The position numbers were made by a program, and so were the translations under genes. The notes beneath the pieces are model-generated. The model saw only the letters and a list, made by a program, of their open reading frames with translations. It was not told the origin of the DNA and searched no databases. Positions 38,904 to 47,800 of a stretch of 64,000 nucleotides of DNA are shown piece after piece. The stretch is from the IMG/VR virus record IMGVR_UViG_3300042885_001472; one strand, given 5' to 3'. The stretch is from a virus. Taxonomy: Duplodnaviria > Caudoviricetes. Every line of letters begins with the position of its first letter. Position 1 is the stretch's first letter.

Positions 38904-40469
38904 ATGCGAGTAATAAAAAGAAATGGGTCTAAGATTGATTTCAACCCAAATAAAATTTTAACTAGAATAAAAAAACAAGCGGAAGGGTTAAAAATAAATG
39001 CTGATGAAGTATTTCTTAAAGTTACTCAAGGTATTGCTGATAATATGACAACCGATGAAGTTGATGATTTAATTTCAGTTGTGTCAGAATCATTAGCTAT
39101 GAATCATCCAGACTATTCTAAGTTGGCCGCTAACATATCAATTAGTAAATTACATAAAGAAACTGAAGATTCTTTTATGAAGGCTACTAAAAGATTATAT
39201 AACGCTGGTTTATTAAATGATTTCTATTATAATAAAGTAAAAGAAAATATTGATCTGATTGAATCAGTAATTGATTATAAAAGAGATTATAGATTTGATT
39301 ATTTTGGATGGTGTTCACTTAAAGATATCTACTTATTAAAAATTGGTGATGAAATAACAGAAAGACCACAACACCTATACATTAGAGTAGCTTTAATGGT
39401 GACTAATAACCCTACTGATTTTAAAGAAAAGTATGAAGATTTAAGTTTACAAAGGGAATCTCCAGCTACGCCTATAAAAATTAATATTGGTACTAATATA
39501 GGACAAATTGCGTCATGTAATTTATCTATAGTTCCGGATGACTCAACTGAGGGGTTATTAAGTATGTTAAATAGAATATCAGTATCATCATCTAAAGCTG
39601 AAGGTATTGGTTTAGCTATATCTAACATTCGTTCAAAGGAAAGTAATGTTGGACAATCAAATGGTAAAGCTGGTGGTATTTTAAAATATTTAAAAGTTGT
39701 AAATGAAGCTTTAAGATTTTGGAATCAAAGAGGTAAACGACCTGGATCTTGCGCTGTTTATATTGAACCTTGGCATAAAGATGTATTTGATATTTTGGAT
39801 ATTAGAAAGAAAACTGGTGATGAAACACTTAGAGCACGAGATTTATTTTCAGCGTTATGGATACCGGATAACTTTATGAGAGCTGTTGAATCAAATGGGG
39901 ATTGGTATTTGTTTTGTCCTAATGACATTAAACAAGCTGGTTTAAAACCATTTTATGATATCTATGGTGAAGAATATGAGTTAGAATATAATAAGGCTGT
40001 TGAGATGGGTTTAGGTACTAAAATCAAAGCTCACGATTTGTGGTTAAGAATTATTGAATCACAAATTGAAAGTGGTATGCCTTATATGTGTTTTAAAGAT
40101 CATGCGAATAATAAATCAAATCAAAAGAATTTTGGTGTTATACATTCAAGTAACCTATGTTGTTTACATAGTGACACATTAATTACGATTATGTATGGTA
40201 ATGGTGAGATTAGAGAAGTAACTATGAAAAATGTTGTTGAAGAAATTAAAAAGGATAAAAATATAAAAGTTTTAAGTCAAGATAATATTTTTAGACCAAT
40301 GTTGGCTGCTGCGAAAATGAAATCAAACGCTGAAATTATAGAAGTTAGTGATGATGAGTTAGGGGTAAAAATAGTTTGTACACCAGATCACCAAATATTA
40401 ACAAAAAACAGAGGGTATGTTATGGCCGGTGAATTAAATGAAAATGATGAATTAATTATTAATAAATAA
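38904..40469 (+). CDS. nrdA: RNR class Ia alpha, fragment 1: N-extein (419 aa) + split-intein IntN1
   Basis: ATP cone MRVIKRNG; IASCNL; GIG..IS.IR; QRGKRPGSCAVYIEPWHKDV; ...SSNLC then intein sequence to the stop. Confidence 0.95.
   Translation: MRVIKRNGSKIDFNPNKILTRIKKQAEGLKINADEVFLKVTQGIADNMTTDEVDDLISVVSESLAMNHPDYSKLAANISISKLHKETEDSFMKATKRLYNAGLLNDFYYNKVKENIDLIESVIDYKRDYRFDYFGWCSLKDIYLLKIGDEITERPQHLYIRVALMVTNNPTDFKEKYEDLSLQRESPATPIKINIGTNIGQIASCNLSIVPDDSTEGLLSMLNRISVSSSKAEGIGLAISNIRSKESNVGQSNGKAGGILKYLKVVNEALRFWNQRGKRPGSCAVYIEPWHKDVFDILDIRKKTGDETLRARDLFSALWIPDNFMRAVESNGDWYLFCPNDIKQAGLKPFYDIYGEEYELEYNKAVEMGLGTKIKAHDLWLRIIESQIESGMPYMCFKDHANNKSNQKNFGVIHSSNLCCLHSDTLITIMYGNGEIREVTMKNVVEEIKKDKNIKVLSQDNIFRPMLAAAKMKSNAEIIEVSDDELGVKIVCTPDHQILTKNRGYVMAGELNENDELIINK
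40161..40469 (+). mobile_element. Split intein 1, N-half (102 aa)
   Basis: Block A CLHSDTLIT; block B IVCTPDHQIL; TKNRGYV..ELNENDEL then TAA; no endonuclease domain. Confidence 0.93.
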
Positions 40470-40470
40470 G

Positions 40471-40569
40471 ATGATAAAAATAAAAAAATTAGAAGAAAAA
40501 ATTGATGTATATGATATACAAGTAGAAGAAACTAGTAATTTCTTTGCTAATAATATATTAGTACATAAT
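40471..40569 (+). mobile_element. Split intein 1, C-half (33 aa)
   Basis: MIKIKK...block F VYDIQVEETSNFFAN, block G ILVHN, +1 Ser (TCC at 40570). Confidence 0.93.
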
Positions 40570-41457
40570 TCCGAAATTATGGAGGTAACTGATAAAGAAA
40601 CCACCGCCATCTGTACGCTAACGTCAATACCGGTTCAAAAATTTGTCATAGATAATGAGTATGATTTTAATGAATTAGGTCGTGTTACACGATCAATAAC
40701 AAAATCACTTAATATTGCGATAGATGTTAATGAATATTCAACTAAAGAAGGTAGAAAAGGTGGTTTAGAACAAAGAGCTTTAGGTATTGGTATCCAAGGA
40801 TTAGCTGACACTTTCGCTATGTTACGATTACCATTTGTATCTGAAGAAGCTAGATCATTAAATAAAAAAATATTTGAAACAATTTATTATAACGCTTTAA
40901 GACAATCTTGTGATTTAGCGAAAGAAACTGGATTAACTTATGATTTTTATGAAGGATCTCCAATTTCAAAAGGTATTTTCCAATGGGAAATGTGGGGTGT
41001 TGATGAATCTGAATTGAGTGGTATGTTTGATTGGAAACAATTAAGAAAAGATATTAAAAAATATGGTGTTAGAAACTCACTTGTCACGACCTGTCCGCCA
41101 ACCGCAAGTTGTCAAGTTATTGATACTAGAATACATACTGAAAATGGTGTTAAATCATTTAAAGATTTACTAGTTGAAAATGGTGTTGATTATGTTAAAT
41201 TAGAAGAATCTAATGAACAACAATGGGTTGAATTTAAAACACCTATAAAAGTAAAAACTTATAATGGGTATGAAGATGTAAGTCAAATAAAATATAATGG
41301 TCATTCTGAAGTTTATAAAATTGAAATGGAAGATGGTTCTATATTTGAAGCAACACCTAACCATAAATTTAGGATTAAAAGAGGTGATACTGAAATTTGG
41401 GTTAAAGTTGAGGATTTATTAACTACGGACGATATTATAAATATTTTTGAAAAATAA
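40471..41457 (+). CDS. nrdA: RNR alpha, fragment 2: IntC1 + middle extein (180 aa) + IntN2
   Basis: SEIMEV...AICTL...RALGIGIQGLAD...GVRNSL.TT.PPTAS flanked by intein halves. Confidence 0.93.
   Translation: MIKIKKLEEKIDVYDIQVEETSNFFANNILVHNSEIMEVTDKETTAICTLTSIPVQKFVIDNEYDFNELGRVTRSITKSLNIAIDVNEYSTKEGRKGGLEQRALGIGIQGLADTFAMLRLPFVSEEARSLNKKIFETIYYNALRQSCDLAKETGLTYDFYEGSPISKGIFQWEMWGVDESELSGMFDWKQLRKDIKKYGVRNSLVTTCPPTASCQVIDTRIHTENGVKSFKDLLVENGVDYVKLEESNEQQWVEFKTPIKVKTYNGYEDVSQIKYNGHSEVYKIEMEDGSIFEATPNHKFRIKRGDTEIWVKVEDLLTTDDIINIFEK
41110..41457 (+). mobile_element. Split intein 2, N-half (115 aa)
   Basis: Block A CQVIDTRIHT; block B FEATPNHKF; WVKVEDL...DDI then TAA. Confidence 0.88.
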
Positions 41458-41488
41458 AATAAGTAATCTAATAAAAACAAAAAATAAA

Positions 41489-41593
41489 ATGAAAATAAAA
41501 AGTATAATTAAAAACGGAGTTAAACCAACTTGGGATATTGAAGTACCAAATGTTCATCATTATATAATGGAAAATGGTTGTGTTAGTCATAAT
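41489..41593 (+). mobile_element. Split intein 2, C-half (35 aa)
   Basis: MKIKSI...block F TWDIEVPNVHHY, block G VSHN, +1 Ser (TCG at 41594). Confidence 0.88.
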
Positions 41594-42106
41594 TCGGCCC
41601 GTGTCATAGGTTCTAATGAAGCTTTTGAACCGTTTACTTCTAATTTATATGTTCGTAAGGTAACTGGTGGTGAATTCGCTATGGTTAATAAACATTTGGT
41701 TAAAGATTTAGAATTAGAAGGGTTATGGAATAGGGACATTCTTAATGAATTGATAAAAAATGATGGTAGCGTTCAATCAATCCCAGTTATTAGTCAAGAA
41801 ATGAAGGAAAGATATAAAACTGTTTGGGAGATATCACAAAAATCTCTTATTGAAATGTCGGCCGAAAGAGCTCCATTCATTGATCAATCTCAAAGTCTTA
41901 ACATATTTTTCGCCACACCAACGGTTGGTAAATTAACTACCTCACACACATTAGCTTGGAAGTTAGGTTTAAAAACTGGTCAATACTACCTAAGAAGTCA
42001 ACCGGTAGAAATGAAAGGTAAACATTTAGCTATTGATATGGGTAAACAAATTAAACCTGAGAAACCTACTGATAGTCAATTTGAATGTTATGGTTGTAGT
42101 GCGTAA
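41489..42106 (+). CDS. nrdA: RNR alpha, fragment 3: IntC2 + C-extein (170 aa); ATG 41489 preferred over TTG 41447
   Basis: SARVIGSNEAFEP; IDQSQSLN; GLKTGQYYLR; C-terminal CYGCSA redox pair. Confidence 0.92.
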   Translation: MKIKSIIKNGVKPTWDIEVPNVHHYIMENGCVSHNSARVIGSNEAFEPFTSNLYVRKVTGGEFAMVNKHLVKDLELEGLWNRDILNELIKNDGSVQSIPVISQEMKERYKTVWEISQKSLIEMSAERAPFIDQSQSLNIFFATPTVGKLTTSHTLAWKLGLKTGQYYLRSQPVEMKGKHLAIDMGKQIKPEKPTDSQFECYGCSA

Positions 42107-42137
42107 CTAAAATAGTTAAATTTTATATAAAATAGTT

Positions 42138-42172
42138 AAACTAGGGAAAATATCTCTAGTTTTTCTTTTTTT
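42138..42172 (+). terminator. Rho-independent terminator after nrdA
   Basis: AAACTAGGG-AAAATAT-CTCTAGTTT followed by a T-rich tract. Confidence 0.7.
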
Positions 42173-42212
42173 AAAAATATACAAATATTTTTTATTGTAT
42201 ATATTTATAGTA

Positions 42213-42593
42213 ATGGCTAAACAGTTTATTAACATAAGATACCCCTTTATAAATAGTCCGGAAGGATTTTTCTTAGATTTAACGACAACAACTATTGATG
42301 CGGTTAAATCTGATTTACAACATCTTTTATTAACTGAAAAGGGTGAGAGATTTTATTTACCAGATTTTGGAACAAATTTAAAAAGATTTTTATTTGATCC
42401 AAGTGACGAAAAAACATTGGCAGATATTGAAGATGACCTTAAAGTAACGGTTACTAAATATTTACCAGGATTAACTATAACCGGAGTAAAATTATACTCT
42501 GAAGATGATCAAAAAGGTGTCGCTGTTAGAGTTCATTTTACCATTGGTGATGGTATTTTCTCTAGTAGTGATTTCATAGAAATTAACGTATAA
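42213..42593 (+). CDS. Baseplate wedge protein, gp25/GpW-like (ATG 42213 preferred)
   Basis: VKSDLQHLLLTEKGERFYLPDFGTNLKRFLFDP. Confidence 0.9.
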   Translation: MAKQFINIRYPFINSPEGFFLDLTTTTIDAVKSDLQHLLLTEKGERFYLPDFGTNLKRFLFDPSDEKTLADIEDDLKVTVTKYLPGLTITGVKLYSEDDQKGVAVRVHFTIGDGIFSSSDFIEINV

Positions 42594-42594
42594 T

Positions 42595-44415
42595 ATGGCA
42601 TATCAAACAAACTATTCAGCTAGAAATTTCGCTGACATAAGATTAGAATTATTAAATTATGTAAAACAATATTATCCTGATATATTCAGTGATTTTAATG
42701 ACGCGTCTGTGGGTACAATGTTACTTGAATTAAACGCGGCCACAGCTGATATTTTATCGTATCATACTGATAGGATGTTTCAAGAAACTCAAATTGATTA
42801 CGCTTATGAAAGAAGTTCATTACTTTCATTGGGGAGAACATTAGGTGTTAAAATACCTAACACAAGACCCAGTGTTAGCGTGGTTAATTGGTCGGTAGTA
42901 GTGCCGGTTAATGGTGCTACATTTGATCTTGACTATTGTCCAATAATTAAAAGAGGTTCACAAGCTACTGGTGCTGGTAAAATATTTGAAGTTTTAAATG
43001 ATATTGATTTTACATCAAGATATAATAATTTAGGTATACCTAATAGAACTATAGTACCTAATACTAATTCTAATGGTTCAATACAAAACTATACTATAGT
43101 TAAACAAGAAATTGTATTTAATGGTTATACTAAGGTTTTTAGTAAAGTATTAACTGAAGCTAATTCAGTACCATTCTTAGAAATTATACTACCAGAAGAT
43201 GATGTCTTATCTGTTGAAAATTTAATAATATTACCTGGGACTAATTATACTACTATACCAACATTATCTCAATTTTTAGATGTTAATAACGCTTGGTATG
43301 AGGTAGAGTCTTTAGCCGAAAATAAAATATTCATTGAAGATACAAATGTAACTACCATTACAAATGGTGTTAGAAAAGGTATTTGGAAAAATATTAGTAA
43401 AAAATTTATTAGAGAATACACTGATCAGGGTTTTTCTAAATTAACATTTGGTTCTGGTTATAAAGATATTAGTTTTACTAGTGAGTTTGATGAAAATTGT
43501 AAATTTTTAGTAGAGAAAATTGGTGATTTTATTAATAATACGGCTTTAGGTGAGATACCACCTTCTAATAGTACTATGTTTATTAGATATAGAGTTGGTG
43601 GTGGTGCGGACACTAATCTAGGTCCAAATACTATTACTGAATTGGGTATTGTTGATATTATTGTTGATGGACCAGATAACGCTAAGAATAACGCGGTTAG
43701 ACAATCATTAGAAGTTAATAATCCAATCCCAGCTACTGGTGGTGCTGATCAACCTGGTACTGAAGAATTAAGAGGATTAATAAAGTATAATTTTTCATCA
43801 CAAAATAGATGTGTAACTATAAAAGATTATAAGTCAAGAATAACTTTAATGCCGGGTAATTTTGGTGCTCCATTCAGAACTAATGTATGGGAAGAACAAA
43901 ATAAAATTGTAGCCGCTATTATGACATTAGATGAAAATAGTAACTTAAGTAATATAACAAATACTATCTTAAATCAAAATATCTCAGAATATCTATCAGA
44001 TTATAGAATGTTAAATGATTATATAGTGGTTAGACCAGCGAGGATTTTTAATTTAGGTTTTGATATTGATTTATTTGTTGATAAGAGTGTAACTAAATCA
44101 GAAATAATCGGTAATGTTATAGAAATTGTTAAGAATTATTTTGATATTTCAAAACAAGAAATGGCTCAAAATATTTATTTAGCTCAATTAGTTGAACAAA
44201 TTAATAATGTAGCTGGAGTATTAAATGTAATTGATATTAAAGTATTTAATAAAGTTGGTGGTGGTTCTTATTCATTAAATGAAGTTAGTCAACCATATAT
44301 TGATTCAACAACAAGACAGATTAATTTAATGGGATTATTTACATTATTCGCTGATCCAGATAGTATGTTTGAAATAAAATATCCGGAGAAAGATATTAGA
44401 GTTAGTATACGATAA
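42595..44415 (+). CDS. Baseplate wedge protein, T4 gp6/baseplate J-like
   Basis: RNFADIRLEL..Y....DFNDASVG.MLLEL; YRVGGG...N; NPIPATGGAD; QNRCVT..DY. Confidence 0.88.
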   Translation: MAYQTNYSARNFADIRLELLNYVKQYYPDIFSDFNDASVGTMLLELNAATADILSYHTDRMFQETQIDYAYERSSLLSLGRTLGVKIPNTRPSVSVVNWSVVVPVNGATFDLDYCPIIKRGSQATGAGKIFEVLNDIDFTSRYNNLGIPNRTIVPNTNSNGSIQNYTIVKQEIVFNGYTKVFSKVLTEANSVPFLEIILPEDDVLSVENLIILPGTNYTTIPTLSQFLDVNNAWYEVESLAENKIFIEDTNVTTITNGVRKGIWKNISKKFIREYTDQGFSKLTFGSGYKDISFTSEFDENCKFLVEKIGDFINNTALGEIPPSNSTMFIRYRVGGGADTNLGPNTITELGIVDIIVDGPDNAKNNAVRQSLEVNNPIPATGGADQPGTEELRGLIKYNFSSQNRCVTIKDYKSRITLMPGNFGAPFRTNVWEEQNKIVAAIMTLDENSNLSNITNTILNQNISEYLSDYRMLNDYIVVRPARIFNLGFDIDLFVDKSVTKSEIIGNVIEIVKNYFDISKQEMAQNIYLAQLVEQINNVAGVLNVIDIKVFNKVGGGSYSLNEVSQPYIDSTTRQINLMGLFTLFADPDSMFEIKYPEKDIRVSIR

Positions 44416-44465
44416 TATCTTTACTAATTTAAAATTATAGTTAATATTTAAATAAAAAAATTAAT

Positions 44466-44867
44466 ATGGGGTGTGGTTGTAAATCAAACAAAAATAGTGG
44501 TACACAAAATGAATTAATGGAAAATGCCTTGGCCGATATGAGTGGTAAAGGTATGAGTTCAATTATTAATAATAATTTAATCGTTAGGTTATTATATTTT
44601 TCAGTGGCTTTACCATTGGTAATCTTATTATTACCAATAGTTTTTATCATTTTATTTAATCATTTAGTTATGGGTAAATCGGTTGATTTAAGTAGTTTAT
44701 TAAAAAAAGTATTTTTAATTGATTTCTATAATAAAATGAAGAAAAAAAGGGAAGATAAACTTGATGAGGAAGAATATGATGAAGAGGAAGAAGATGATGA
44801 TGAGTATGAATATGAAGATGTTTATGTTACACCAATTGAAAAAATAGATTCCAAAGAAATTAAATAA
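44466..44867 (+). CDS. Small membrane protein
   Basis: MGCGCK start; hydrophobic LLYFSVALPLVILLLPIVFIILF; basic then strongly acidic tail. Confidence 0.55.
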   Translation: MGCGCKSNKNSGTQNELMENALADMSGKGMSSIINNNLIVRLLYFSVALPLVILLLPIVFIILFNHLVMGKSVDLSSLLKKVFLIDFYNKMKKKREDKLDEEEYDEEEEDDDEYEYEDVYVTPIEKIDSKEIK

Positions 44868-44893
44868 TAGATATTTATCATTAAAAGAATTTT

Positions 44894-47800
44894 ATGTCTA
44901 AATCCATTAGGATAAATACAACACCTCTAGGGAATGATAAACACTTAAAAGTAAAAATTGATCAAGATTTTGATTTTTTAGAGATTTTAAGTTTAAAAAT
45001 AACCCAAACTGAAGCGTACACTAAGTATTGTTCGGATTATGGTGTTGTAGTTGGTAGAGTTGTAGTTAATAACGGATTTGGTATTCCAAACGCTAAAATT
45101 TCTATTTTCATCCCATTAGCGGAAGAAGATAAATCAAGACCAGAGATTAATGGGTTATATCCATTTGAAACTATTTACACTAAAGATTATAAGGGGATTA
45201 GATATAATTTATTAAGTAATGAACCAAGACCAGATGATGAATGTCACGTTGCGGTAGGTACTTTCCCAGATAAACGACAAGTTTTAGATTGTGGTACAAC
45301 TTTGGAAGTATTTGAAAAATATTATAAGTTTACTACTACTACTAATAGTGCGGGTGATTATATGATATTCGGTGCTCCAGTTGGAGAACATACAATTCAT
45401 ATTGATGTTGATTTAAGTGATATAGGATTTATTAGTCAAAAACCTTATGAATTAATTGGTCAAGGTTTTAGTAAAAATTTATTTGCGAGTAATAGTCAAT
45501 TTAAAACAGGACAAAATTTAGATGTATTAAGTCAAATAAAAAGTAGAAATACTAGTGCGAGTGTAATTCCATTTTGGGGTGATTTAGAAGAATGTGAAGT
45601 TGGTATTACAAGAGTAGATTTTGATTTAAATTATGATATAATACCCACAGCGATTTTTATTGGGAATATTTTTGGTGATAATGAAAAAAATAGTGTTAAT
45701 AAAAGATGTAGACCTAGAAGAAAATTAGGAAATCTTTGTGAAACTGTTACCGGTGAAGGGACTATTGAAATGATTAGAAAAACACCGGAAGGACTTATAG
45801 AAAAGTTTTCGGTGGATGGTGATAATTTAATTAATGAAAATGGTGTTTGGTGTTATCAAATACCAATGAACTTAGATAAGTTAGTTACTGATGAGTTTGG
45901 TAATTTAGTACCATCAGAAGATCCGGAAAAGGGTGTACCAAGTAACGCTAAAGTTAGATTTAGAGTTGCTATGAATGAAACTGGTGATACTGGTAGAATA
46001 CGTTCTAGAGCTAAATTTTTAATACCGAATAGAGGTCTTGATTATAATTTTGATGATTCAACACCAGATACTGAATTCGCTGATTTAAGGTGGAAAAAAG
46101 TGTATACTGTTAGACAATTTATTGCTCGGTATCAAAAATATTGTGAGACAAAAGTTTGTGGAACTAAAAGATCTTTTATTGGTATAAAGGATGTTGATGA
46201 TTGTGGTGATCATACACCATTCCCATACAATAGAATTGATACTGATTTAAATCCGTTATATAGTATTATATGTTTAATCGTAACTATATTAATGACATTA
46301 ATAGAATTAATTAATGTAAGTTTAATTAGATTACTTAACATTGTTATAGGTGCTTTAAATGCTATACTTTGTTTTATTTGTAATATTATCTACGGATTAG
46401 GTCAATTTATTGACTCTATTGTTAGTGCCATTAATGGTCTTATCCCTGGTAACGGACCATTAAGTTTTAATGTTTGTAATTTTTGTATTGGTACTGGTTG
46501 TTGTACTTGTGGAAGTATAATGAATTATATGTCATGTATTTCTATTAAGTGTGATGAAAAATCATTCGCACCAGGGTGTTATAAACCATCATCATGTTCT
46601 TTACCAAGTGGTTGTAGTATACCATCAGATGTAGATAAACTTGGATGGTGTACGGCTAATAGTGGTCAACCACCAGAAAACTATCCTGGCGATGGTGTTA
46701 CTAATCAAATTGATTGTGGATCATATAACGCGAGTGATGCTCATGGGTGTTGTGGTCCCGCGGGAAGTGGTTTTATTCCATTCGCTGGCGCTATGGATTG
46801 TATTGAAATACAATTAGCGAGAGCTCTAAATGTTTTTAAATTTGATTTTTATAATGATTGGATTAATGGTAGTCTTTACGCTTTTTTATTCAAATATAAA
46901 GTTAGAAGAAAAAAGAGTAAAAAAAGAACTGTAGAAAAGTTTTGTGAATATGATTGTCACGACACGTATGAAAGTGATACAGATTCACCGGAACATAAGT
47001 ATAATAAGTGTAGAGATAATTTATTCTTAGTTGATACTTGTGTTGCTAACGATAATAACCCTATTAGTTTTAATAAGGTTGGTATAGATGAAGGTATTAT
47101 AAAAGAACATAAAGATGAATTATATTATGCTGCGATGACACATGATACCGCCAACTTATTATACGCTACAGATATAACTTGTCTTGGTAGTGCGGTTAAT
47201 TGTGATATTGATGGTAGACAAAAAATAGTTACTTATTTAGTTAACACTTCATATAAAATGCCACCAGATACAGCTGAATTAGATAGTAATAATGTTTTGG
47301 AAACTACCGCGATAGACCCATTATTATTATCTTTAAATTGTTTTAGGGTTAAAGTTGAAGATTATAATTGTAAAAATATTAAAAGAATTTGTGAAATTGG
47401 TATTGGTTTGGATGAAAATAGAGTTGATGATACACCACCGGGGGTAGCCGCTAATTGTAATATTGAAATATTTGATAGTCCAATTACTATCGCCACAACG
47501 GAAGAATTAGAAGGTGAATTTTTAAGAAATGAATTAGGTTCTTGTGCTACTGGAATTTATCAGTTTGATTGTACACAAGAACAAACAGATTACAATATAT
47601 TTAGAGGGTATAATAATCCAAACCCATTGGGGCTACCAACAGAAAATTCATATTTTTATTATTTTGGGATTAATCCTGGTAAGAGTGCGTTGGATTGTGC
47701 TATGGCCTCATATTTTGTCCCTTGTAAGCGAGATAAACAAAATCAAATCCCAGCTCAAATTACAACTATAGATAATACTTGTAATAATCAAAACGCTGGT

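Noticed and set aside
41447-41488. TTG start for nrdA fragment 3 (and track starts 19523, 42195)
   Set aside because: Downstream ATGs (41489, 19607, 42213) have typical A-rich leaders or coupling and give sensible N-termini.
38904-42106. nrdA as a decayed pseudogene
   Set aside because: Both breaks fall at intein N/C boundaries, all catalytic motifs are intact, and the exteins sum to a normal 769 aa.
42107-42140. AAAATAGTTAAA direct repeat after nrdA as an att site or insertion scar
   Set aside because: Only 12 bp of low-complexity AT sequence with no associated integrase.
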